From Candidatus Forterrea multitransposorum CG_2015-17_Forterrea_25_41 (GTDB lineage: Archaea; Iainarchaeota; Iainarchaeia; Iainarchaeales; CSSED10-239): a DNA stretch of 64,000 nucleotides. The notes under the pieces were generated by a model that searched no databases, was not told where the DNA came from, and saw nothing but the letters and a program-made list of their open reading frames with translations. The translations under genes and the position numbers were made by a program. Below are positions 1 through 8,034 of the stretch, one piece after another (within the stretch, counting starts at the first letter, position 1; each line of letters begins with the position of its first letter). Where the stretch lies: NCBI GenBank assembly GCA_009392915.1, contig CP045477.1, positions 768,001-832,000 on the forward strand. Direction: 5' to 3'.

Positions 1-6
1 TATTCT

Positions 7-756
7 ATGTATATTACATTATTTTCAAAATTTATTAAAAAAGACTTAATTACTATAAATAGTGATGATGTAATTGAATATTTATCTTATTTAAAACAAG
101 AAAAAAAAGCTGAAAGTACAACTATGAACTTAGTTCTTTCTGCAATTAAGCATTTTTATTCTAATTTTTTAAAAATAGATTTAGAACTTAAAATTAAATT
201 ACCAAAAAAAGCTAAAAAGATACCTGTTGTACTAACATCTAAAGAAATAATTTTACTTTTAGAAAATATAACTGATTTAAGAAATAAATTAATTACACAA
301 TTTATTTTTTCAACAGGAGTTAGAATTTCTGAATGTATGGAAATGAAGTATAAAGATTTAGATTTTAATGAATATACAGGAAAAGTTGTTTCTGGTAAAG
401 GAAATAAAGATAGAATAATAATATTATCTAAAAAATGGGTTGAAGAATATAAAAAATATCTTGAAAATAGAAAAATATCATCAGAATATTTGTTTTGTAA
501 TAGTGTTGGAAAACCATTATCTGTAGATACTGTTCAAAAATTTTTAAAAATAGCTGCTAAAGGAGCAGGAATTGATAAAAAAGTATCTCCTCACACCTTA
601 AGGCATTCTTTTGCAACTAACCTGCTTGAAAATGATGTTAATATTAGATATATACAACAATTACTAGGGCATGCTAATCTAAATACAACACAAATATATA
701 CTAAGGTTAATACAAATAAATTAAAAATTATTAAAAATCCATTAGATGATTTGTAA
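7..756 (+). CDS. Tyrosine recombinase/integrase (XerA/XerC-like); the reading frame is open to the window edge, so it may be 5' partial
   Basis: The C-terminal catalytic signature is present: Arg in TGVRISE, H-x-x-R in HTLRHSFATNLL, and His...Tyr in LGHANLNTTQIYTKV. An N-terminal core-binding-like domain is also present. Confidence 0.8.
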   Translation: MYITLFSKFIKKDLITINSDDVIEYLSYLKQEKKAESTTMNLVLSAIKHFYSNFLKIDLELKIKLPKKAKKIPVVLTSKEIILLLENITDLRNKLITQFIFSTGVRISECMEMKYKDLDFNEYTGKVVSGKGNKDRIIILSKKWVEEYKKYLENRKISSEYLFCNSVGKPLSVDTVQKFLKIAAKGAGIDKKVSPHTLRHSFATNLLENDVNIRYIQQLLGHANLNTTQIYTKVNTNKLKIIKNPLDDL

Positions 757-759
757 AGG

Positions 760-783
760 AAGCAAGACCCCGCACTTCCTGTA
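760..783. repeat. GC-rich inverted repeat AGGAAG-N12-CTTCCT immediately 3' of the recombinase stop. Candidate terminator hairpin or recombination site.
   Basis: Read directly: aggaagcaagaccccgcacttcct. It is a GC island in DNA that is otherwise more than 75% AT. Confidence 0.4.
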
Positions 784-940
784 ATAAATTTTAAATTTTT
801 TATTATTTTTAGTAAAAATACCTTATTTGGAAAGTAAACTATAAATTAAACATAAAGTCTATTAATTAAATAAATAGATATATAAATCTTTTGTATAACA
901 CATATTATAATTAATATTTATTTTACTGGAGGAATTATAA

Positions 941-1303
941 ATGACAACAAGAATTTCAAAATTATTTGGTATGGATATTTACCAAACAGATGCTACTTAT
1001 AGAGGAAAAGTTCATGATTTAATAGTAAATATTGAACAAGGTGTTATTGAAACTATAACAACTCAACCTTTAAAGGTAAATTCAAAAATAGAAGCTAAAA
1101 AAATAATAACAGAACACAGTATACCTTATAATAAAGTTATATCTGCTGATGATATTATTTTAATTAATGCAGGAAACGTACCAACTAATAAAAAAGAAAC
1201 TAAAATGGTTGCTGAAGAAACAATAGATCCTGCTAAAAGTAAAGATGCAGCTATAAGAAAGAAATATATAGGTTATAAAAGTAAATATTCTGCAAGAAGG
1301 TAA
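941..1303 (+). CDS. PRC-barrel domain protein
   Basis: The N-terminal pattern GMDIYQTDATYRGKVHDLIVNIEQGVIETI resembles archaeal PRC-barrel proteins (G.xVyd..G..iG.V.Dvvid...g.i). The C-terminal tail is lysine-rich. Confidence 0.5.
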   Translation: MTTRISKLFGMDIYQTDATYRGKVHDLIVNIEQGVIETITTQPLKVNSKIEAKKIITEHSIPYNKVISADDIILINAGNVPTNKKETKMVAEETIDPAKSKDAAIRKKYIGYKSKYSARR

Positions 1304-1446
1304 TTTTTTTAAAAAATTACTTTCTTAATTAATTTTTTATCTATTTTTTAAGATATATTTATATATATTGTTATACTATATATATATAATATATATACAT
1401 AATACATTTATTTTTTTTAATAAATATTTAATACAGGAAGTATGGG

Positions 1447-2046
1447 GTGTCTCTCTTGAGCAAAATAAAATCAATATATATAAAATATAAATTTATGTTT
1501 AAAGATGATATTAATAGATCTTCTTATCTTTATCAAAAAGTATTTAGATCTATATATGGTTATCAACAAAATGTAACTAAAAAAAATAACAAACCATATT
1601 TATATATTAGAAAAGGAATTTTAACAGATATACCTCATTACAAACCAGGAAGAAATGCAGTAATTATTCCTAAAGGTTATGAAAATAAAATTATTGATTA
1701 TTTTTCAACAGGAATTAATCCAGCACATAATTGGAAAAGTAAAGGTGATTGGGATGTTAAATATACTGTTGATGAAATTGATTTAGATTCATCAAATATT
1801 ATTAAAATTATGGAAGATTATATTTATAATTATAAAATAATTAATCTTAATAATAAAGAAACGAATATTTATGATGAATTAAAATATATTACTGAAAATA
1901 ATATTTATGATAAAAATCATTTAACTAATATTTCTAAAATTGTAGAAAATATTATTAATTTTGAATGGTTTAAAGAAGTTAAAGAAGAATCAGAAAAATT
2001 AATTAAATTTTATAATAACTATTTAGAAATAAAAAATAAAATTTAG
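1447..2046 (+). CDS. Hypothetical protein. The annotated start is GTG; the ATG giving MFKDD... about 48 nt downstream is a more plausible start.
   Basis: Long ORF with no recognisable motif. It converges on the tandem AGTAATTACT repeats. Confidence 0.4.
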   Translation: MSLLSKIKSIYIKYKFMFKDDINRSSYLYQKVFRSIYGYQQNVTKKNNKPYLYIRKGILTDIPHYKPGRNAVIIPKGYENKIIDYFSTGINPAHNWKSKGDWDVKYTVDEIDLDSSNIIKIMEDYIYNYKIINLNNKETNIYDELKYITENNIYDKNHLTNISKIVENIINFEWFKEVKEESEKLIKFYNNYLEIKNKI

Positions 2047-2054
2047 TTTTGTAA

Positions 2055-2105
2055 AGTAATTACTATATTTTTTTTAGTAATTACTATTATTTTTTAGTAA
2101 TTACT
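2055..2105. repeat. Three tandem ~21 bp direct repeats, each containing the perfect 10 bp palindrome AGTAATTACT preceded by a T-run
   Basis: GTAATTAC cores at 2056-2063, 2077-2084 and 2097-2104, spaced 21 and 20 bp apart. Located in the convergent 3' intergenic region between ORFs 1447..2046 and 2105..2734. Confidence 0.85.
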
Positions 2106-2734
2106 TAATTTTCTTTAATAAATATAATATTTTTTTTCCAAGTTCTTTTTTTACCAGTATTATTTAATTTAATTAAATTTATATCTGTTAGTGTTTTTAA
2201 GTAAGGGTAAAGACTTTTTTCATTAGAATATTCTACATTAAAATTAAGTTTAATATTGTGTCTAATTTCATCCATTGTTACCCATTTATCTGTTGGTATA
2301 GAATTAATAATATGTTCTGCTTGAGTATTTTCTTTAATTTTTATTATATCCCAAATTGTATTTAATTGTTTGATTGAAATGTTTTCAACATCAGCTGTTT
2401 GAACATTATCTTCTACTATATTATTTTTATTATTAAGATATTTTAATTGTAATAACTTTTCTTGTTCTAAGTATTTTTCATTACTTAAATTTTCACTAAA
2501 ATTATTATTTTGAGTAATATTTTTATCTATATTTTCAGATGAATAGGGTATACTATTTGTATTATTAATAGTATTTTTTTCTATAGAAATATTTGAATCA
2601 TTATTTGTATTTTTATTGTTTTCATTAGTTTTTTCTTTTGAAAACATCTTTTTAATAAATTTTAGTAATCCCATATATATAGTAATTACCGTAATTATTT
2701 TAAATAGATTGGTAATTACAGTAATTATATGCAT
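2105..2734 (-). CDS. Asn-rich low-complexity protein with a putative C-terminal winged-helix DNA-binding domain. The true start is probably Met21 (ATG at 2674..2672).
   Basis: The first 20 codons (ITVIT...ITVIT) are simply the translation of the GTAATTAC repeats. The C-terminus (KWVTMDEIRHNIKL...SLYPYLKTLTDINLIKLNNTGKKRTWKK) has a helix-turn-helix plus basic-wing character. Confidence 0.45.
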   Translation of the reverse strand: MHIITVITNLFKIITVITIYMGLLKFIKKMFSKEKTNENNKNTNNDSNISIEKNTINNTNSIPYSSENIDKNITQNNNFSENLSNEKYLEQEKLLQLKYLNNKNNIVEDNVQTADVENISIKQLNTIWDIIKIKENTQAEHIINSIPTDKWVTMDEIRHNIKLNFNVEYSNEKSLYPYLKTLTDINLIKLNNTGKKRTWKKNIIFIKEN

Positions 2735-2784
2735 TTATTTATGGTAATTACTGTAATTATATTAAAATTTAAGTGGTAATTACC
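2681..2784. promoter_or_regulatory. Array of four GGTAATTAC palindromes at ~31 bp periodicity (cores 2682, 2712, 2744, 2776). The first three are each followed 2 bp later by a degenerate half-copy GTAATTAT. The array overlaps the promoter and 5' end of ORF 2105..2734.
   Basis: Read directly from the sequence. The motif is far more frequent here than base composition predicts. Confidence 0.8.
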
Positions 2785-2887
2785 TAATATTTTATAAATT
2801 AAAAATTATATACTTAATTTTAGATCATATTTTTATGTAGCCTATAATAAATTAATTATATTTTTAGTAATTTATACTATTTTTTAT

Positions 2888-2909
2888 CGTAATTACCATG
2901 GTAATTACT
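2888..2909. repeat. Two more GTAATTAC palindromes 12 bp apart (cGTAATTACCatGGTAATTACt)
   Basis: Read directly; same motif family as 2055-2105 and 2681-2784. Confidence 0.8.
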
Positions 2910-3100
2910 TATTAAATAACCTTAAAAATAGTTTATTTTTATAAAATTAGTTAAATTTATGTTTCTTTATTGATTTAAAGGTTTATTTTAACTTTATTTT
3001 TAAAATAATTAGTTTATAAGTTTTATTTGTGTTAAAAATTAGGTTTTTTGTAATTTCAAAATATGTCCAAGAAAGATAGTAAATAACTAATAATTTTGAG

Positions 3101-3175
<75 letters not shown>

Positions 3176-3255
3176 TTTTTTAAATAAATAAAAATAGTCT
3201 TAATATATATTTTAATATACCAAAATATATATAAACCTACTTAAAACAATAATTA

Positions 3256-3828
3256 TTACTCACAATGATATCCTGAAGTATTATCATTTATTTTTTCTAA
3301 TAATTCTTCTAATTTTTTAATATTTTTTTCAATAATATTTTTTTCTCTTTTAAGTTTATTAATTTTATTTTTACTATTTAATATTTCTAAATTAGCACTA
3401 CAGTTTGGACATTTAAAATTATATGCAGCAGCAACTTCAAATATAACTTCTACATTACATTTTTTAGGACAGAAAAAATAATCGTGCCCTTCTTTTTGAG
3501 TTAATTCATACTCTAGTTTTTTAAATTTTTTAATTTCTTGTAATAATAAAACATCTACAATTTTTTTATATTTTATTTCCCAAATAAATTCATACAAATT
3601 ATTTTCATTTCTTTGTTTTTTATAACATGCTATTCCTCTGAAGTGAAGACTATTTAGTGTAGATCTTACAACAGTAATTTTTTCATTTAATTTTTTAGAA
3701 ATTTCTTCTGGAGACAATCCATCATTATTAAATAATTTTATAACATTAATAGCCATTGGCCCTGCAATTTGTTCTAAAAAAATAGCTGTTGATTTATCAG
3801 ATAATAAGTCTTTTTTTAATTTATTCAT
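3256..3828 (-). CDS. tfe: Transcription factor E (TFE alpha, TFIIE-alpha homolog)
   Basis: N-terminal winged helix (GLSPEEISKKLNEKITVVRSTLNSLHFRGI, YEFIWEI) followed by a zinc ribbon CPKKC...CPNC. Confidence 0.7.
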   Translation of the reverse strand: MNKLKKDLLSDKSTAIFLEQIAGPMAINVIKLFNNDGLSPEEISKKLNEKITVVRSTLNSLHFRGIACYKKQRNENNLYEFIWEIKYKKIVDVLLLQEIKKFKKLEYELTQKEGHDYFFCPKKCNVEVIFEVAAAYNFKCPNCSANLEILNSKNKINKLKREKNIIEKNIKKLEELLEKINDNTSGYHCE

Positions 3829-3869
3829 TATAACACCACTTCCTTGTATACTATAATTATGTTACAAAA

Positions 3870-4394
3870 CTATTTTAAGGAGATAACTTTTTTGCCTTTT
3901 TCTGTAGGTTCTAGTTTTATCTTATTATTTTTAAATTTATCAATATATAATGCATCAGGATTTAAAAAATTAAGAATAATTGCAAGAGCTGCAACTTCAC
4001 TATGCGGTTGATTTGTCACAGAAACATTATAGTTTGCTTTTTGATAATAAAATTTATCTACCTTAGGTCCACCAACAATAATTAATAAATCTTTATTTTT
4101 AAAATCTTTTTTAATAAAATCTATTTTTTCAACAATTTGTTCTCCATACATAGTTAGATGTATTATTATTCCTTTAAAATCATCTACAAATGTTTCTGGT
4201 AATTCAATATATTTTGCATTAAAATTTCCACCCCATTGATTACTAATAGAAATTATATTTTTTTCAAAAACATTATCTTCTATCCCTGAATAATAAAATT
4301 CATCTGCACTAAAAGCTCTAGAAACTAATGCACAATGTGTTGTAATCCTTTTATCTCTAAGTGGTCTGTGATCTAATTTTAATATTTTAATCAT
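3870..4394 (-). CDS. trm56: tRNA (cytidine56-2'-O)-methyltransferase, SPOUT family (aTrm56)
   Basis: N-terminus LKLDHRPLRDKRITTHCALVSRAFSADE matches the Trm56 signature [24 protein letters not shown]. Confidence 0.7.
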   Translation of the reverse strand: MIKILKLDHRPLRDKRITTHCALVSRAFSADEFYYSGIEDNVFEKNIISISNQWGGNFNAKYIELPETFVDDFKGIIIHLTMYGEQIVEKIDFIKKDFKNKDLLIIVGGPKVDKFYYQKANYNVSVTNQPHSEVAALAIILNFLNPDALYIDKFKNNKIKLEPTEKGKKVISLK

Positions 4395-4514
4395 TTTTTC
4401 TTACTTTTTAGTTATGTTTAATTTACAAATAAAATAGAAATTATTTATAAATGTTTAGTATATATATTATATAGTATAATCTTTTTATATATTAGGTTTG
4501 TACAATATAAAAAA

Positions 4515-4588
4515 GGATCCGTAGCTCAGTCTGGCAGAGCACTGGACTTTTAATCCAGGTGTCGTGGGTTCAAATCCCACCGGATTCA
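4515..4588 (+). tRNA. tRNA-Lys (anticodon TTT)
   Basis: Cloverleaf GGATCCG...CTGGA-CTTTTAA-TCCAG...GGTTCAAATCC...CGGATTC-A. Confidence 0.8.
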
Positions 4589-4622
4589 CTTTCTATTATT
4601 TTTTATTTTAAAATAATTATTA

Positions 4623-4697
4623 GGGCTCGTAGCTCAGTCTGGTAAGAGCACTGGACTCTTAATCCAGGTGTCGTGGGTTCAAATCCCACCGAGCTCA
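4623..4697 (+). tRNA. tRNA-Lys (anticodon CTT)
   Basis: Near-duplicate of the previous tRNA, with anticodon loop CTCTTAA. Confidence 0.8.
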
Positions 4698-4722
4698 CTT
4701 CCTTAATACTTTAAAAAATAAT

Positions 4723-4796
4723 GGTTCCGTAGCTCAGCCTGGGAGAGCAATAGGCTGAAGACCTATGTGTCGTGGGTTCAAATCCCACCGGAGCCA
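4723..4796 (+). tRNA. tRNA-Phe (anticodon GAA)
   Basis: GGTTCCGTAGCTCAG...ATAGG-CTGAAGA-CCTAT...GGTTCAAATCC...CGGAGCC-A. Confidence 0.75.
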
Positions 4797-5407
4797 TATT
4801 TTACTTTTTTTATAAAAATAATTTCTTCATCTGTTTCTATTGCTTTTCTGGCATTATCAAAAACTTGTTTATTTATTTTTATATTTTTATTAATTAGGTT
4901 TGTTTCTGGTGAATGAATTATTATGTTATCTACGTCATATCCTGTAATTATTATGAAGTGGCCTTGAAATGCACCTTCTTTTTGAAATAGTTTATTGTAA
5001 TCTACTAATATTATCGGTACATATCCATCATTGATTTTTGTTAATATATTTTCTATTGTAATTTTTTGTTCGTATATCTTAACATTTAACATTTTTGCTG
5101 TATCATACATTTTTTTAATATTAATTAATATTTCATCTTTTAAAAATGGATTTGCTGTTAAAGAAAATTCGTCTTCTGGCAATTTAATTTCAGTTGTTTT
5201 TGTATAAAATTCAACATCAAAACCAAATTGTTTACTGACTAGTGCTAATTGCAAACTATATAATCCTTTTCCTTCTTTATAACTTAATTTGTGCTTAATT
5301 TCTTTATTTGATTTTTCTTCTTTAAAATAAGCATACACCATTTTTAGTGCTATTGGGCCGCAATCAAATTTTTCGTCTTGTTGATAATAAGGTATGTTTA
5401 AGTTCAT
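4778..5407 (-). CDS. Papain-like cysteine peptidase, C39-like domain protein (standalone)
   Basis: Catalytic Cys in QQDEKFDCGPIALKMV and His in QGHFIIITGYD. The 3' end overlaps tRNA-Phe by about 19 nt. Confidence 0.45.
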   Translation of the reverse strand: MNLNIPYYQQDEKFDCGPIALKMVYAYFKEEKSNKEIKHKLSYKEGKGLYSLQLALVSKQFGFDVEFYTKTTEIKLPEDEFSLTANPFLKDEILINIKKMYDTAKMLNVKIYEQKITIENILTKINDGYVPIILVDYNKLFQKEGAFQGHFIIITGYDVDNIIIHSPETNLINKNIKINKQVFDNARKAIETDEEIIFIKKVKYGSGGI

Positions 5408-5480
5408 ATGTATATTTTTAATTAAAACTATTTAAATTTATTTGCTTTTTTAATTTTATAAAAAATAAATTCTCTTTTAA

Positions 5481-8024
5481 TTGTTTTCTATTATATATTA
5501 TATTATGGATGATAAAACATATACTCCTATGATGAAACAATATGTTGAAACTAAAAAACAATACCCTGAAGGTATTTTACTTTTTAGAGCAGGAGATTTT
5601 TATGAAATGTTTTTTGATGATGCAAAAGAAGCATCAAGTATCCTAAACATAACTTTAACCAAAAGAGGTAAGGGTGCAACTGAAGCTCCTCTTGCAGGTA
5701 TACCCTACCATTCAATTGATCCTTATATTGCAAAATTAATTAAATCAGGAAAAAAAGTAGTTATTTGTGATCAAATAGAAAACCCTAAATTTGCAAAAGG
5801 CTTAGTTAAAAGAGCAGTTACAAGGATAATTACTCCAAGTACTTTTTTTAATGATTCTTATGATAATAATTTTTTATGTTCTATAACGAACCACAAAGAT
5901 AAATTTGGGTTCTCATTAGTTGATATTACAACTGGAGAATTCAAAATTACTTCTTTTAATGATTTTTCAAGTCTTTTAAATGAATTAATATTAAATAAAC
6001 CAAAAGAAATATTATTAACTAAAAATATTTTAAAAAATATAGATTCTCTTGACTTGATTAAAAAAGCAATACCAAGCACTATTATAAACTATACAGATAA
6101 TTTAGATGTTGAATTTGCCTATCAAGAGTTATTAAATCACTTCAACATGAAATCTTTAACTCCTTTTGGTATTATTTCTACTAATCATTCATCAGAAATA
6201 ATTTTATCTGCTTATAATGCTATTAAATACTTAAAAGAAACACAATTTTCAAATCTAAGTTATATTAGAACAATTAAAGAATATTCATTAAATAAATATT
6301 TAAAATTAGATAGAAAAACTGTTAGAAACTTAGAACTTGTTTATAATCTTCAAGATTTTTCAATTAAAAATTCATTATTTCATTTAATTAACCATACAAA
6401 AACACCTATGGGTTATAGAAAATTATATTTTGATTTATTACACCCTATATTAGATAAAGAAAAATTAAATAATATTTATGATTCTGTTGAGGAATTAATT
6501 AATAATCAACATTTAATGCAAGAACTTTCATTAAATTTATCATATATTGGTGATATTGAAAAAATAATTAGTAAAATTGGTTTTGGAAATGCAAATCCTA
6601 GAGATTTAATTTCTTTAAAACAAAGTATCTCAATACTTCCAAAAATAAAAATGATATTAGAGAGTACTTCTTCTAAAAATTTAAAAATATTAAATAGTGA
6701 ATTAATAACTTTAGATAGATTGCATGAATTAATTAATGTTTCAATAGTTGAAGAACCTCCTTTCACAGTTAGAGAAGGTAAATTTATAAAACCTGGTTAT
6801 TCAAAAGAATTAAGTGATTTAATTTATACTTCTAAAAATATAAATTCTTGGTTAGTTGAATTTGAAGCTAGATTAAAGACAGAAACAAATATTAAATCTT
6901 TAAAAGTAAAATTTAACAAAGTGTTTGGATATTACATAGAAATACCAAAAGCACAAGCAAAAGAAGTTCCTTTTTATTTTGAAAGGAAACAAACACTTGT
7001 AAATGCAGAAAGATTTACAACAAAAGAACTTTCTGAAAAAGAAATAATTGTTTTAAATGCACAAGAAAAAAGAATCGAACTAGAATATAATATTTTTTTA
7101 GAAATTTGTAAAGAAATTAATACTTATAGAGAAGAAATTAATTTAGTTGCAAGTTTAATTTCAGAACTTGATGTATATTATTCATTTGTAAATGTATCTT
7201 TGTATAATAATTGTTCAAGACCAATAATTAATAATTCAGATAAATTAATATTTAAAGAATTAAGACATCCTATTATTGAAAAAAACATAGAATTTATACC
7301 AAATGATTGTTCACTTAATAATTTAGAAAGAACAATGATAATTACAGGTCCAAACATGTCTGGAAAAAGTAGTTATATGAGAAGTGTTTGTCTTGCAATA
7401 ATTCTTGGACACGTTGGTTGCTTTGTTCCTGCTAAAGAATCAGAAATTGGTCTAATAGATGGTATTTTCACAAGGATAGGTGCTTCTGATGATATTTTAC
7501 ATGGTCAAAGTACTTTTTTAGTTGAAATGTCTGAAATTTCTTATATTTTAAATCATTGTACAAATAATAGTTTTATTATTTTAGATGAAGTTGGAAGAGG
7601 TACAAGTACTTATGATGGTTTAAGCCTTGCTTGGTCAATTACAGATTATTTGAATAATAGAATTAAATCAAAAACTTTAGTTGCAACTCATTATCATCAA
7701 TTAAATAAAATGGAAGAATTATTTGAAGGTGTTAGTAATTACCATGTAACTGCAAAAGAAGAAAACAATAATTTAGTATTTTATCATAAACTAATAAAAG
7801 GTGGGATAAATAAAAGTTATGGTATTCAAGTTGCAAAAATTGCTGGTCTTCCAGAAGAAATTATTGAAAAAGCATTATTAATTCAAAGAGATTTAGAAGA
7901 AGATGTTTTTTTAAAACAAAATAAATCTTCTCCTAATTTACAAGAAGTTAAAAAAATAAATGAAGATGAAAAAAGAATTCTTTTTAAAAAAGAACAAAAA
8001 AGATTAGAAGATTATAAAAAATAA
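5481..8024 (+). CDS. mutS: DNA mismatch repair protein MutS (bacterial-type MutS1). The likely start is MDDKTY... about 24 nt into the ORF.
   Basis: Mismatch-recognition motif GDFYEMF (Phe-x-Glu), Walker A GPNMSGKSSYMRSV, and DEVGRGTSTYDG. Confidence 0.85.
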   Translation: MFSIIYYIMDDKTYTPMMKQYVETKKQYPEGILLFRAGDFYEMFFDDAKEASSILNITLTKRGKGATEAPLAGIPYHSIDPYIAKLIKSGKKVVICDQIENPKFAKGLVKRAVTRIITPSTFFNDSYDNNFLCSITNHKDKFGFSLVDITTGEFKITSFNDFSSLLNELILNKPKEILLTKNILKNIDSLDLIKKAIPSTIINYTDNLDVEFAYQELLNHFNMKSLTPFGIISTNHSSEIILSAYNAIKYLKETQFSNLSYIRTIKEYSLNKYLKLDRKTVRNLELVYNLQDFSIKNSLFHLINHTKTPMGYRKLYFDLLHPILDKEKLNNIYDSVEELINNQHLMQELSLNLSYIGDIEKIISKIGFGNANPRDLISLKQSISILPKIKMILESTSSKNLKILNSELITLDRLHELINVSIVEEPPFTVREGKFIKPGYSKELSDLIYTSKNINSWLVEFEARLKTETNIKSLKVKFNKVFGYYIEIPKAQAKEVPFYFERKQTLVNAERFTTKELSEKEIIVLNAQEKRIELEYNIFLEICKEINTYREEINLVASLISELDVYYSFVNVSLYNNCSRPIINNSDKLIFKELRHPIIEKNIEFIPNDCSLNNLERTMIITGPNMSGKSSYMRSVCLAIILGHVGCFVPAKESEIGLIDGIFTRIGASDDILHGQSTFLVEMSEISYILNHCTNNSFIILDEVGRGTSTYDGLSLAWSITDYLNNRIKSKTLVATHYHQLNKMEELFEGVSNYHVTAKEENNNLVFYHKLIKGGINKSYGIQVAKIAGLPEEIIEKALLIQRDLEEDVFLKQNKSSPNLQEVKKINEDEKRILFKKEQKRLEDYKK

Positions 8025-8034
8025 GTGAAAATAT

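Noticed and set aside
1304-1446. (TA)n-rich low-complexity intergenic tract as a functional repeat
   Set aside because: It is consistent with an ordinary AT-rich promoter or TATA region in a genome of this composition. It has no higher-order structure.
5858-6766. Short antisense ORFs inside mutS (5858..6079, 6506..6766), and similar nested ORFs inside other long genes (8055..8414, 11672..11857, 14963..15283, 15422..15631, 17790..18005, 18774..18989, 24463..24654, 26860..27303, 27730..27984, 35777..36175, 37402..37761, 40392..40718, 41007..41219, 43658..43855, 44762..44956, 47908..48108, 51750..51980, 56232..56447, 57533..57721, 58750..59043, 59506..59931, 61394..61654, 63113..63307)
   Set aside because: They lie entirely within, and antisense to or out of frame with, well-supported genes. 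They are low-complexity and have no motifs. They are typical spurious ORFs of AT-rich DNA.
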